Shown here in pieces: positions 25,833 to 39,334 of a stretch of DNA of 64,000 bases. The DNA comes from Octopus sinensis (taxonomy: Eukaryota). Position 1 is the first letter of the stretch. The number at the start of each line of letters is the position of its first letter. The stretch spans positions 108,190,001-108,254,000 of the forward strand of contig NC_043003.1 of assembly GCF_006345805.1 (NCBI RefSeq), read 5' to 3'. The position numbers and the translations under genes are program-made. Below the pieces are notes generated by a model, which worked only from the letters and a program-made list of their open reading frames with translations, did no database searches and was not told the DNA's origin.

Positions 25833-27480
25833 ACGTCAGCAGGGGCTGCTTCAACAGCAGCTTGTAGCTGTGGTGTATTCTGGTCTCTTTTTTGGCATTA
25901 AATCCTACGCAAGAGAACATTAAATAAGATAATTTCTATTTTCGGTGTTTTATTCATGTCACAACCGGAAGAGGGATCAAAAACATCATCAGAGACAAAG
26001 TTGGAAATTACGAGTGGATGAGTAGGAGGAGGAGGAGGAGAAGGAGGAAGGAACGGTGAGGAGCAGGTGGAGTGGAAGGGACGAGGAGGGGGAGGACGAC
26101 GAGGAGGAAGTGGTGGTCGGCGATGGTGATGACGTTGAGAATTAGGACGGCGACTACGACTACGAAGATAGTGATAATGATGACAAGGATTATGATGATG
26201 ATGGTGATAATTATGACGATGATGATGATGGTGATGTAGAGGTGGAGGGAGGAATGGAGGGGATGAGGAGAGGCGGAGGGGAGGGTTAAGAAAGAAAAAA
26301 GAAGAGGAGGTGGAGGGAAGGGGAGGAGGAGAAGAAGAAGAAGAAGCGGAAGGAGGAGGGGGACGAGGAGGAGAAGATTAAACGGGAGGTGGAGGAAGGG
26401 GAGCGGAAGAAGAAGAAGAAGAAGAAGAAGAAGAAGAAGAAAAGAAAAGAGGAGGAGGAGGAGATCTACACTGATGATGATGCTGCTGATGATGATGATG
26501 TCAATAAGGACAACGACAATCCCGACAGCCGTATCGATGGCGATGAAGAGGACGGTGAGAGTGACGGCGATGAAGGGGACGGTGAGAGTGACGGCGACCA
26601 TTATGACGACGGCGATGCTCACTACGAAAGAAGGCTGTAGATATAATCTTATTTAAAGTGTGTTTTCCTGATCATACATTAGAGTTATGGACACCACAAA
26701 GTTGTAATACTGATTTCCACAACAAATTCCTAATCTTGCTACTTTGATCCTCGGATCGATAACCTTTATTGAACAACCTGCTATGAAATTTGCTAATGCC
26801 ATTGTCAAGCTCAATAATGGTGCGTTCTTTCTGGCTGTCTAATTTTATCACGCAGCCACAATAGACGATAATGTTGAATAGTGGTGCTGGTAGTGGAGCT
26901 GTTGGAGGATAATTTTATTAATGGTGGTGGTGGTGGAGTCGACCGTCTTCGTCGTTGTAATGGTGGTGGTGGTGGAGTCGACCGTCTTCGTCGTTGTAAT
27001 GGCGGTGGTGGTGGTGGTGGCGGAGTGATCGTCATCATTGTTGTAATGGTGGTGGTGGTGGAGTCGACCGTCTTCGTCGTTGTAATGGTGGTGGTGGTGG
27101 TGGTGGTGCTGGTGGAGTTCATCGTCAACGTTGTTGCCGTAATCGTAGTAGTGGTGGTGATGAGGAGGGTAGTGGAGGGTTGATGGTGGTGGTTGTCATC
27201 GTCGTTCTCGTAATGATGCTGGTGATAGTGGTAAGGATGATGGTGCTGGTGGTGGTAGTGATGTTGGCAGCGTGGGCGAAGGTGGTGGCGTTGCCGGTGG
27301 TGTTGATGGTGACGGCAGTTATGATGGTTGTGGCGGCGGCTGTGGCAGCGGCGGCGGCGGTGTTGATGGTGATGGTGATGGCAATGGTGGTGGTCGGGGA
27401 AATGGTAGCGGCGGCGGTGGCTGGTGCTGTCAATTGTGGAGATGGTGACCGTGGTATTCGTGGTGTTGGTCATAGTGGTG
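25493..27480. repeat. Trinucleotide mosaic low-complexity domain (AAT, GAT, GGT, AGT, AGC, GAG, GAA, GAC)
   Basis: Successive triplet runs and degenerate triplet sequence, G/purine-rich on the plus strand. Includes three copies of ggtggagtcgaccgtcttcgtcgttgtaat. Confidence 0.9.
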
Positions 27481-27606
27481 GCGATGGTGATCTTATTTGG
27501 GTTGCACGCATCAGGCCCATCGCAATTTTTGCTGCAGCTGATTCAGGAAACCAACAAACTACAGAAAATTTGCATTTATTTTTGTCTGCTGCCCTAATCA
27601 CAACTA

Positions 27607-27822
27607 AAATATTCTTTTCTACTCTAGGCACAAGGCCCGAAATTTTCTTGGGACGGTGGCCAGTCAATTAGATCGACCCAGTATGCAACTGGTACTTAAT
27701 TTATCGACCCCGAAAGGATGAAAGGAAAAGTCGACTTGAGCCGGATTTGAACTCAGAACGTAAAGACAAACGAAGTACCTCTAAGCATTTCGCCCGGCGT
27801 GCTAACGTTTCAGCCAGCTCGC
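27607..27822 (-). mobile_element. S1 SINE, full length
   Basis: Reverse complement of head, B-box, core and tail (aatattcttttctactctaggcacaaggcc). Confidence 0.9.
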
Positions 27823-28090
27823 TAGTAGTATTGTTTCATACTACCAGATACGTCAGGCTGTCAGATAAGTTCGTTCGCTTTTTTTTTTTCCTTCTTAGCA
27901 TTCCATCGTCATGTGTCTAGAAAGAGATAAAATTTATTCAAATTTCCAAAAAGAAAAGAAAAAGAATTCTAACATGAAACACTACTTTTCGTGTTAATTC
28001 AATTAACACTGGACAGAAATAAATGGGTGGGGAGAACGGATGAATTTATCTGACGAATATATTTTATAAATAAACATATTCTTGTAGTTA

Positions 28091-28280
28091 TATTCTTTTC
28101 TACTCTAGGCACAAAGCCCGAAGTTTTTGGGTGGTGGGGTGCAGTCGATTAGATCGACCCCAGTGATTCACTTTTACTTAATTTATCGACCCTGAAAGGA
28201 TAAAAGGCTAAGTCGACCTCGGCGGAATTTGAAACCAGAACGTAAAGACGGACGAAATACGGCTAACCACTCTGCCAGCT
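28091..28280 (-). mobile_element. S1 SINE
   Basis: Same motifs as 27607-27822. Confidence 0.88.
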
Positions 28281-28349
28281 ACGGTGGTCTTCCTTAGTTT
28301 TCGTCTATCGAATCCAATCACAGGGCTTTGGTCAGCCTGAGGTTATAGG

Positions 28350-28780
28350 TAGTAGTAGTAGTAGTAGTGTAGTAGTAGTAGTAGTAGTAGTAGCAGCAGC
28401 GACTGCAGCAGCAACAGATGCAGCAATGGTAGTAATAGTCACAGTAGTAGGAGTAGGGGGGCGGGGGCCAGGAACAGGAGGAGCAAGAAAAGTAGCAGCA
28501 GCAGTAGAAGTTGTAGTAGCAGCAGCAGCAGTAGCAATAGTAGTAATAGGAGCAACAACAGGAGGAGAAGGATGAGGGGTGGATGAGGGGTGAAGGAGGC
28601 GGTGGAGGAGGAGGCGGAGGAGGAGGAGGCGAAGAACAGGAGGAGCAGGAAAAGTAGCAGCAGCAGGAACAGCAACAGCAGCAGCAGTCGTAGTAGTAGT
28701 AGTAGTAGTAGTAGCAGCAGCAGTAGTAATGGTGTTGGCGGTAGTGGTGGTAGTGGTGGTGCTGCTGCTGTTGATAGCAG
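28350..28780. repeat. (AGT)n/(AGC)n/(GGA)n triplet mosaic
   Basis: Visible. Confidence 0.9.
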
Positions 28781-29439
28781 TAACGCTGTTAGAGTAATAG
28801 AGTTTGGAATAGTATTTTGTGTTTTGCTTGGGTGGCGTTTTTGGAGGGGCGAGTTTATGGCCCTTCATTGGTGGCACTAATAATACTAGTTGGTATTCCT
28901 GCTGTTTGCCTAGTTCTGCCTTAAACGAAAAGAATTATGATCAAAGACCTTCCAAATATGCCCATTCCTTCTGTCTCTCATATGTATATCAGAGACAATA
29001 GTGTCTAACGGAATTTTCTATTTTTCATTGAGACCTCTTTTCGCAGGCACAATGTACCCAAGAATACAATTACCAAAGTGCTACTTAATGTCCTAAGATA
29101 TGATTTAAAGGAGGTTTAACACCTGTTCCAAACAGGCCATGGGATTATGCAGAAGCTCCCATTTAACGGGAGTTTTGCAGTTTATTAGTGCTAATCGTTG
29201 TGATTGTTGTTATCGTGGTTGTTGTTGTTGTTGTTGTTGTTGTAGACGTTGTTGTATTTGTAGTCGTTATTGGACCCCTGATAAAAGACTTCTGAGACGT
29301 GATCATCGCGCTTACATTCTTTTTGGACACAGCATTTCTAAGACTGCGTTCGCAAATTATATTTACGAATATGTTTGCCGAAGCGAACTCCCCATTCTTT
29401 GTTTTTCATACTCTGTAGAGTAATTTGAGAGATGTGAAT

Positions 29440-29690
29440 GGAGAAGAAGAAGAAGAAGAAGAAGAAGAAGAAGAAGAGGAGGAGGAGGAGGAGGTGGTGG
29501 AGAAGCAGGAGGAGGAGAAGGAGGAGGAGAGGAAGAAGGAGGAGGAGGAGAAGAAGAAGAAGAAGAAGAAGAAGAAAAAGAAGAAGAAGAGAAGAAGAAG
29601 AAGAAGAAGAAGAAGAAGAAGAAGAAGAAGAAGAAGAAGAAAAAGAAGAAGAAGAAAGATGAAGAGAGAGATAAAGGGTAGGAGGAAGTA
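29440..29690. repeat. (GAA)n/(GGA)n near-homopurine tract
   Basis: About 250 bp almost entirely A/G on the plus strand. Confidence 0.95.
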
Positions 29691-30055
29691 GAAGGCAAAT
29701 ATCTCGATGAGCTTAATTTCATGGAGGAGTTATGGCTGGATTTCAAGGCCAATGTTTCATTGAAGACAAATATTTGTTGTTTAATCTCCATCAGTCCTGA
29801 TCCAATGCACAAATATCGAGGAAGAAACAGAGTTAGACAAAACATTCATTATTTGTTTATTCATCAACCCCTTTTGCTGTCTCTTTCTTTCTTTCTTTCT
29901 CCCGTTCTTAATCTCTCTTTCTCTTTGTCTGTCCGCTAGCCTTGTCTCTCTACACGCATGTATATGTATGTGGCCGTATGGAAGACACACCACACACATG
30001 CATATATGTGTGTGTTTATGTGTGTACATATGTATGTAGAAATGTGTATATATAT

Positions 30056-30108
<53 letters not shown>

Positions 30109-30147
30109 TGTGTCTGGGGACAGTCATTTTCTTTTTGTGCTTATATA

Positions 30148-30180
<33 letters not shown>

Positions 30181-30271
30181 CTATATATATATAAATTTAT
30201 AAATAAGGATAATATCGATATTTAAATATCGATATTATCAAGTGGCCAGCATGGGAAAAATGTTATACAAT

Positions 30272-30611
<340 letters not shown>

Positions 30612-32091
30612 CAAATAGATAGATAGATAGATAGATATGCAAACATATATGTATCCCAAATCTAGGCACCAATATCTAAGAATTATCTTTCTCTAAGCTT
30701 ATATGTGCATACATATATGCATACCATGATACTGTGATACATATAGATACGCGTATGTAAGTGTATGTGTGTGTGCGTGCGTGCGTGTGTGTGCGTGTGT
30801 GTGTGTGTGTGTGCGTGTGTGTGTATGTGCACACACCAACACGTGCGCGCATAAAGTCACAATTAATTTTACCCCGTTTCTTCTCTTTTGAAGAGAAGCC
30901 CGAAGAATGATAAAAGTTGAACAGAAACCTTAAAAGACTAAAGAAAACATACCAAGACAGAAATAAGATGGGAAACTATCAAAGCTAATAACAGTGTGAA
31001 GCCACAAGGATTAGTAAAAGAAAGTCTTGTAGCATGAAGAAATGATCGAAAAACAAAACGGAAGCATTCATGGAAATGTTCAGCTCTTTCTAACGCGAAG
31101 GAGAAAGAAATATCAAATATGAATGTTCTGTTCTCTGACTTTACTCTGATTTGAAATTCAGAGTTTTAGATCTACCTCTAGTAAGATTAATATAGAAGGA
31201 ATTGTCTTCCCTTTGATAGCCGACTATCAGTGGGTCAGCTAGGATAGGAGAGACATATATCTTATACTTGCGTTAATAGTTGGTTTGTACATATGTTCAT
31301 TTGAATTTTATTTGATTTTTCCACTTCAAGATTGACTTCTAACTGTTTCTTCCTTCTCTATTCGCAGAGATCAACTGAAGCTGAGATATTCCCATTAATT
31401 TCTTTGAAAAAACACACACACAATGTCGAAAAAGATGTTACTCGAAACGACATAAGTTGAGATATGCCTGTAGCAACAAATACCGAACGATTAAACGCTA
31501 GAATGGAATAAAACAATATAAAAACACACGACAAAAAGAAATCATAATGGTGGGGTGACTGAAAGAATGAGACAAGTGAAGGAGAGAACAGAAAAGTGAG
31601 ACAAGTGAAGGAGAGAACAGAAAAGTGAGACAGAGAATGAATGATTTGTAGAAATGCGATTATAATTTCGGTTGGAGGGGGAATCAATTAAGTTTAGCTT
31701 TAGAGTTTATATTTATATTTACATTTATAGAACGTTACAAACAATTTGATCATCGATCATGAAGAGAGTCAAACGGATCGATATAAATATTAGAAATATA
31801 CACGTTAATGATAATGTTAATAGTCCATAAAATTATAATTTTTATTGATTTCTATCATTGGTAGAAGACCAGAAATTTGGAGGAAAGTTATGGTCGATTA
31901 AATCTACTCCGCTTGCGCTTCTTAATTTATTGACCTCGAAATGAGGAAAGGTACAGATGACCTCGAAAAGATTCAAAATTCAGGACGCGAAGGACCTTGG
32001 ATAGAGCTTTCAAGATATCTTGTCTGATGCCTCAAACGAAGGTGATAATCCACTGTCTTCTTGTAAATCATGGTGTTTTAACAACTCTTTT

Positions 32092-32488
32092 ATCTTTTAC
32101 TTGTTTCGGTCATTGGACTGCGGCCATGCTGGGGCGCCGCCTTGAAGAGTTCCATTGAACAAATCGACCCTTGTACTTATATTTCTTAATCTAGCGACTT
32201 TTGCCGAACACCAAACAGTGGTGGGGACAAACATAAATAAAGAGACACACATTGGATGTATACATATTCACATGTGTATATAACTTTATCTTCCTTGATA
32301 ACTTTTACCTTCTTTTACATATACAACGGGCTTCTTTCAGTTTCCGTCTACCAAACCCACTCACAAGGCGTTGGTCGGCCTGCGGTTATAGGAGAAGACA
32401 CCTGTCCAAAGTACTACGCTGTGGGACTGAACCCGAAACCATGTGGTTGGGAAGCAAACTTTTTACCCAACAGCCACACCTGCACTCA
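32092..32488 (-). mobile_element. tRNA-derived CORE-type SINE, family S2 (octopus OR-type)
   Basis: Head read on the plus strand as aaccatgtggttgggaagc...cagccac; central agaagacacctgtccaaag (CORE-like acttgcccaagg in other copies); tail tcttttacttgtttcggtcattggactgcggccatgctgg. Confidence 0.82.
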
Positions 32489-32679
32489 CGTTTTAAATAT
32501 AAATAGGGTATAAATGGTGTGAAGGAGTGTAGAGTGGGAGGGAAGCTGTGGAAGCAGTATGAATTAAAAAGAAAGAAAGCAAGAAAGAAGGAAGGAAGGA
32601 AAGAAAGAAGAGAAAGACACAAGAAAGAAAGAAAGAAAGAAAGAAAGAGAAAAGAAAGCAACATAGATTGATAGATACG

Positions 32680-32739
<60 letters not shown>

Positions 32740-32849
32740 GAGATAGACAGACAGACACTCTAATAGACAGACAGAGACAAACAGATGGATAGGTAGGTAG
32801 GTAGGCAGATAAACAGACTGAGAGGCAAACAGATACATACGTACATACA

Positions 32850-33400
32850 TACATCGAACAGAGGTCAGCAATGCTTGTGCAGAGCTTTATGTCCAATAAG
32901 TCTGGCATCGACTCCTGATAGACCCTCTCCACTGAATTGATCCAGAGACAAGCCAGAGCGAGATGTCTGGTGCCAATATGAGCCGCAGGCTCAGGGATGT
33001 AGGAGCGCCATGATCTCTAGCACAAACCAATGATCCCCAAAATGTCCTATGCCATTCCCTTCATATCTGTTTTTTTTTTATCGGAGTGACCTCCTAGAAA
33101 CATGCTTCAACAGAAGCTGAGAGGTGCTTCACTCCGAGTGGTCTTTTCTAGCTTGCCGGACACCATCCCGGAATTTCTGCGTACTCGTGTTATTGTTAGA
33201 TAGCCGTTGAGCCTGACTAGGTTCATCCGACCTTTCAACAGGTCTTGTTTTTAATCTTGCTGGGTTTCTAGCAACCCTCCTCACCAGTGTAGCCTGGTAG
33301 GGGTGCCAATTTAGTCGCCGATATCCCGGACCATGCAACAGGTTGTACTGGATTTCATATTACCAGCAGCACTTATGAGAGCCTCATAAGTGAGCTGACA
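32850..33400. mobile_element. Unclassified GC-richer insertion flanked by (CATA)n, with a terminal hairpin
   Basis: Composition shift relative to flanks; (CATA)n on both sides; 10-bp hairpin cacttatgag-agc-ctcataagtg at 33370-33392. No coding motif. Confidence 0.4.
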
Positions 33401-34135
33401 TACATACATACATACATACATACATACATACATACATACATACATACACACATACGTACATACATACATACGTACATACATACATACATACATACATGCA
33501 TACATAGACAAATACAAATACTGATAGATAGATAGACAGACAGACAGAGGGAAAGCGAAAGAGATCGATTATCACATCTTTTCCTCGCTCTCATACAGCC
33601 TTTCGTACTCGCCATCAACCATATTTTTCTTCGATCTCAATACATCTGATCGTGTATCTCCACATAAAAATCTATCGCCAAATAAGTATTGCGTGGTAAA
33701 GTCGGTAAAACAGCGGGCAAAGTGCTCACGGCATTTAAATTCCGTCCCTTCATCATACGAGTTCAAAAACCACAGGGAAATGATTTTGCCTTTCATCCTT
33801 CCGATGTTAATTCATTAAGTTTTGAAAGTCGATTTAATGAACAGTTCTTTCTATTCTGTAATGTTTGGATCTGTGCCTAAGTTAGAAATCAATACGTCGC
33901 CAATTAATCTCTCTCACTCTCTTTTTCTGTTTCTGTCTGTGTGTCTCTCTTTTTCTCTCTCCCTCCCCCGTCTATCTCTCTCAATGTCTATTATATGCTT
34001 TTGAACCTGATCTTAGTTTCCCTCTTTCTTGTCTTCTTTCCTGGACAGCGCGATACGATTTGTTCATAGTAAAACTTCGGGTTCCACGTCAGCAGGAGGC
34101 TTACTGCGTCCATTAATGTTGTGATGTCTTTATCA

Positions 34136-34320
34136 CTCACTTATTTCAGTCATTGGGCAGCACCCATGATGGGGTAATGCCTTGAAGGGTTTAGTCAAAC
34201 AAATCGACCCCGGTACTTGCTTTTTAAATCCTGATACTTATTCTATCGATCTCTTTTGCCGAGCTGCTAGAACATGGAGACGTAAACAAACCAACACTGG
34301 TTCTAAAGCAGTGACGGAGA
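34136..34320 (-). mobile_element. S2 SINE 3' part
   Basis: tttcagtcattgg...aatcgaccc...acttattctatcgatctcttttgccga matches the S2 tail. Confidence 0.75.
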
Positions 34321-34407
34321 ACTAACGTAATATAAACACACAAATGAAGACAGATATATATGTACACACACACACACACACGCGCATATATATATATATA
34401 TTATATA

Positions 34408-34451
<44 letters not shown>

Positions 34452-34836
34452 ATATAGGCTTTCGGTGCGACCTTCCATGGCCTTGCCAATGGTGGACGCT
34501 CAGACGTTGGATATAGCAGCGATGTATCCTCTATCTCTATATCACCAGAATAGTCACTGGTGTCGTGATTAGCCAGTAAACTTATTAAAAATTAATTATC
34601 ATCGACATCAGCAGTATTAATGCTAAAAGGTAATCTATAGTTCAATTTAGTCCAACATAAAAGTAGATGTTCTGTTAGAACACGGAATGCTGTGATAGTT
34701 AGCATGAGAGAAACTCTCCTATTTGCTTTCGGCGCTTAAAACTCGTTCGTGTTTACATCGCTATATGGGAAATACATCATCTGCAACCAGCAGCACCGAA
34801 ACAACCAGATCACGTGATTTTAGCCTTTCATATATA

Positions 34837-34897
<61 letters not shown>

Positions 34898-35027
34898 AGA
34901 GTTAAATAAAATAAAGTTACAAACAGGCAAACAACTGGTAGCTGGTTAGATTGACATTTATATATTTATGTTTTGATACTGCTTGGATATAGAAAGGAAT
35001 GTTCCTCGAGTTTCGATCGCAAGAGAT

Positions 35028-35104
<77 letters not shown>

Positions 35105-35281
35105 GGAGTAAGCACATAAATGTGAAACAAGGTGGAAAAAAGAGTACTCAAATACCAGAGGTAGAGTAATATGCTTTATTTAAAAGCAGCAGAAATATAA
35201 CAAAAGCTGTTACTTAGAGTTTCACGTTCCTGCTTCTTTTAAATAAAGTATATATATATATATATAGACAGACAGACAGGC

Positions 35282-35588
<307 letters not shown>

Positions 35589-35695
35589 AGTTTTGGACGT
35601 TTGTTTCAGTTTACATACCAAGAAGAGTAAAGGATGATGACGCTTCGAGGTTGACTCTTGACTCTGAAAGACAAAACAACGTTCATTTATCCTTT

Positions 35696-36148
35696 TATTC
35701 TTTTACTTGTTTCAGTCATTTTGCTGCGGCCATGCTGGGGCACCACCTTCAATGAATTTTTAGTCGAAGAAATCGACCCCAGGACTTATTCTTTGTAAGC
35801 TTAATACTTATTCTATCGGTCCGTTTGCTGAGCCGCTAGTTTACGGGGACGTAAATACACCGACATTGGTTGCCAAGCGATGCTGGGGAGGGGGCAAACA
35901 CAGACATGCACACAAACACATATATATGTGTGTGTGTGTGTGTGCGTGTGTGTGTGTGTGTGTGTATGTATGTATATATACGACGGGCTTCTTTCAGTTT
36001 CCGTCTACAAAATCCGCCCATAAGACTTTGGTCGGTCTGAGACTACAGTAGAAGATACTTGCCCAAGGAAGGTGCCATGCAGTGGAACTGAACCCGGAAC
36101 CATGTGGTTGGAAAGCAAGCTTCTTACTACACAGCCACGCCTGCGCCT
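35696..36148 (-). mobile_element. S2 SINE, full length with internal (TG)n
   Basis: Tail at 35696-35890, (TG)n/(TA)n, CORE gatacttgcccaagg, head cacagccacgcctgcgcc ending at 36148. Confidence 0.88.
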
Positions 36149-36296
36149 AATTATTTATTTTTTTTTTACTCAGATGAAGGGACGGACATTTCGGATACAA
36201 TAGACTCTGCTTCTTCCCTTAGAGGTTAGTCGGTCACTCTTCCGAGTCAATCAAATATAACATGGAAAGAGGTATTAGAATAATTTTTAAGCTTGC

Positions 36297-36548
36297 TACT
36301 TATTCTATCAGTCTCATTTGCCGAACCGCTAAGTTATGGAGATGTAAACAAAAAAAAACGGTCATAAAGCGGTGATGGCAACAAATACAAAGACACAGAC
36401 ATAGATATATACACAAATATTCGATAGAATTCTTTTTGTTTCCGTTTGCATATCCGCTCATGTAGAGGACACTTACCCATGGTGCCACGCAGTAGGACTG
36501 AACATGAGGCCGCATGAATTGGAAGTAAATTTCTTACAATGCAGACCC
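36297..36548 (-). mobile_element. Decayed S2 SINE
   Basis: cttattctatcagtctcatttgccgaaccgctaagtta and ggacacttacccatggtgccacgcagtaggactgaac. Confidence 0.7.
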
Positions 36549-36965
36549 GCCTAAAAGTTCTGAAGAATGTATTTATTATTTTCAACAAAATTATATATTT
36601 TTATATTGAATATAACAATACATGTTAATATTTAAAATAATTTATTAAATTATATTCACTAAGTTTCACTGGAGGTGCCCCAGCATGGACTTAGGGCTGA
36701 ATTATGTAAAAGAATAAAGTTCTTTCAAGTTTCTTATTATAATATACATTATTATATATATTGATTTTCGCGGACAACTTTCGTCTTTTTCTACCCGAAT
36801 GTTTTCTTAAATCAATATTTATAGCTTAATCTGCTTCGAGTTTTATCATGCAAAAAAGAATTATTTTACTTTCTTTCATAGTTTCTAAATTCTTCTGACT
36901 TAAAAACATCAAATTCTTACTAGTAATAATAAAGTTTTTAAAATGGGTATTTTGAAATTCAAAGG

Positions 36966-37032
36966 ATTGCTTTGGTGCAATGGTAAAACGTTATGTTTAT
37001 AGAAGATGTGGGCTCGAGTCCCACGAGCAACA
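36966..37032 (+). pseudogene. Degenerate tRNA-like sequence (tRNA pseudogene or SINE head)
   Basis: T-arm GTGGG-ctcgagt-CCCAC perfect; acceptor attgctt/gagcaac 6 of 7 paired; A-box tggtgcaatggt; anticodon arm broken (~5 nt short). Confidence 0.4.
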
Positions 37033-37084
37033 TCCGTCTTTTTCTATCCAAAGGACTTTTTAAGTCATTATATATACCGCTATA

Positions 37085-37472
37085 AAGCGGTGAGCCTGTA
37101 TGACCGTTAGCGCGCCGGATAAAATGCTTAGCAACAATTCGTCCGTCTTTTATCGTTTTGGGGTCTATTAAATAAGCAACAGCTGAGCACTTGGGTCGAC
37201 CTGATGACTAACCCTTTCTTCTAAAATTTCAGGAACTGTACCTGTACTAGAAACGAAAATTGCAGAATCATTAACACGCCAGACAAAGTACTTAGCGACT
37301 TTTCGTCCTTCTTTACGTTCTGAGTTCAAATCCTGCCGAGGACGATTTTCCCTTTCATCGTTTCATATTCGATAATATAAGTATCAGTTACGTATTGGGA
37401 TAAATAAGTATTGGGTTCGACTGTTTCCCTACCAAGCAACTTCAGGCCTTGTGTCTCTAGTAGAAAAGATTA
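37085..37472 (+). mobile_element. Two tandem decayed S1 SINEs
   Basis: Two successive head/aaatgcttagc/core/ggccttgtg-like sets. Confidence 0.7.
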
Positions 37473-37988
37473 TTTGCTTGCTATTGTTTAGAATTCAGTC
37501 TGCTTCGAGTTTCAACATTCCAATAAAGTATTATTTCATGTCTCTCAAAATTTCTAAATTCTTATGACGTCAACAATAAATAATATATATTTCCTATGAT
37601 GAATGTTACTATATTTTTTTTTGAAATATGAAATGTAATTTCTTAAATTACATTTATTCCATTCTTTCCGCCTGCTTATTATAACACTGCATAAACAAAA
37701 TGTTATTTTCACTTAATATCAATTAATTTGTAACTCTCATACGATACTCATTCACATACATACGTTTGCTTGTCAATTTTTTATAGCAGACCTGTTGAAC
37801 TTGTCTGGCTCTGCAACAATGTACGATTCCATTAATATGCATTTCAATACTTGCAGGATCTGGTCATTAAGTGACAAAGATTTACCGCATTTCTGACAGC
37901 AATAAAATGGTCCAATCATAATAAACAATTCTCGGAATATTTTGCTAATGGACAGATGATTCCTGTAATTTCACTTAATACTTTATTC

Positions 37989-38038
<50 letters not shown>

Positions 38039-38082
38039 TCACACACACCGCATATATAATTGCAAATATAAACACATGCTTT

Positions 38083-38125
<43 letters not shown>

Positions 38126-38148
38126 ACAATATGTATGCATATAGAGAA

Positions 38149-38620
38149 ACAACGTGTTTTAAATCTCTAAGCGAGAGATATACGGTCACAGTACGGAATA
38201 GTAAAATTTATTTGCCAACATAATGCGGCAGTTCTATACAAAGACGATGTTATTGTTATTTGGCCTCAGGAAAACATCTTTTCCAGTTGGCTACCGGCAT
38301 GCAGTTTGTGCCTTTATAGTATATGCAAGAGAGGTCACAGCACCCATCTCTAACCTTTCATGATACTCACAGAGCTAGGTTTCTGTGTAGTTACCCGTCC
38401 TCAGTGTGAGAAAATTACCGGCGAGTGATGAAGGCTCTCTCTACTTGCAAATACTATATATTTTTTAAGCGTCACACAGTCGCTAATCTCGTAAAGTGAA
38501 AAACAACTTGTTTTAAATCTCTGAGCGAGAGATATACATTAACAGTACTGAATAGTAAAGTTTATTCGCCAACATAATGTGGCAGTCCTATACACAAAGA
38601 CGATGTTACAGTTATTTCCA
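38149..38620 (+). repeat. Diverged direct repeat (~360-bp period) of an unclassified element between (TA)n tracts
   Basis: aaacaac.tgttttaaatctct.agcgagagatatac...gccaacataatg.ggcagt.ctatac...aaagacgatgtta at ~38149 and ~38510. Confidence 0.75.
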
Positions 38621-38654
38621 GTTGGCAAATAAACTTTACTGTAGTATATACATT

Positions 38655-38666
38655 TACATATATCAT

Positions 38667-38721
<55 letters not shown>

Positions 38722-38778
38722 GGTATATATGTAAATGTATATACATACAGTAAAGTTTATTTATATATATATATATAA

Positions 38779-38819
<41 letters not shown>

Positions 38820-38831
38820 AATAAATATATA

Positions 38832-38881
<50 letters not shown>

Positions 38882-38895
38882 TATTATATATATAT

Positions 38896-38931
<36 letters not shown>

Positions 38932-38941
38932 GTATATATAT

Positions 38942-38991
<50 letters not shown>

Positions 38992-39106
38992 ATAATATAT
39001 ATATTTATATATATATATAGTATATATATATATATATATATATATATTTAATATATATATATATATATATTATATATTTATATATATATATATATATATA
39101 TTATAG

Positions 39107-39160
<54 letters not shown>
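38655..39160. repeat. ~500-bp imperfect (TA)n array
   Basis: Visible. Confidence 0.95.
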
Positions 39161-39162
<2 letters not shown>

Positions 39163-39286
39163 CCACATACACATACGCGCGCACACACACACACTCTCAC
39201 ATGCATATTTGCGTATCCACGCCTGATAAATAGTATATAAGTTCAGATACAGGCATTTGTACGTATGCTTGTGCGTGTATGTAAAC

Positions 39287-39334
<48 letters not shown>

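Noticed and set aside
25285-28880. Long poly-Ser/Gly/Asp/Thr/Pro ORFs resembling shell-matrix, mucin or extensin proteins
   Set aside because: Open in several frames on both strands because triplet repeats lack stops; one begins inside family D retroposon sequence; no splice or domain evidence.
31569-31632. CRISPR-like array (29-bp direct repeats; also 14-bp repeats near 47835)
   Set aside because: Contiguous tandem copies without spacers in eukaryotic DNA; no cas genes.
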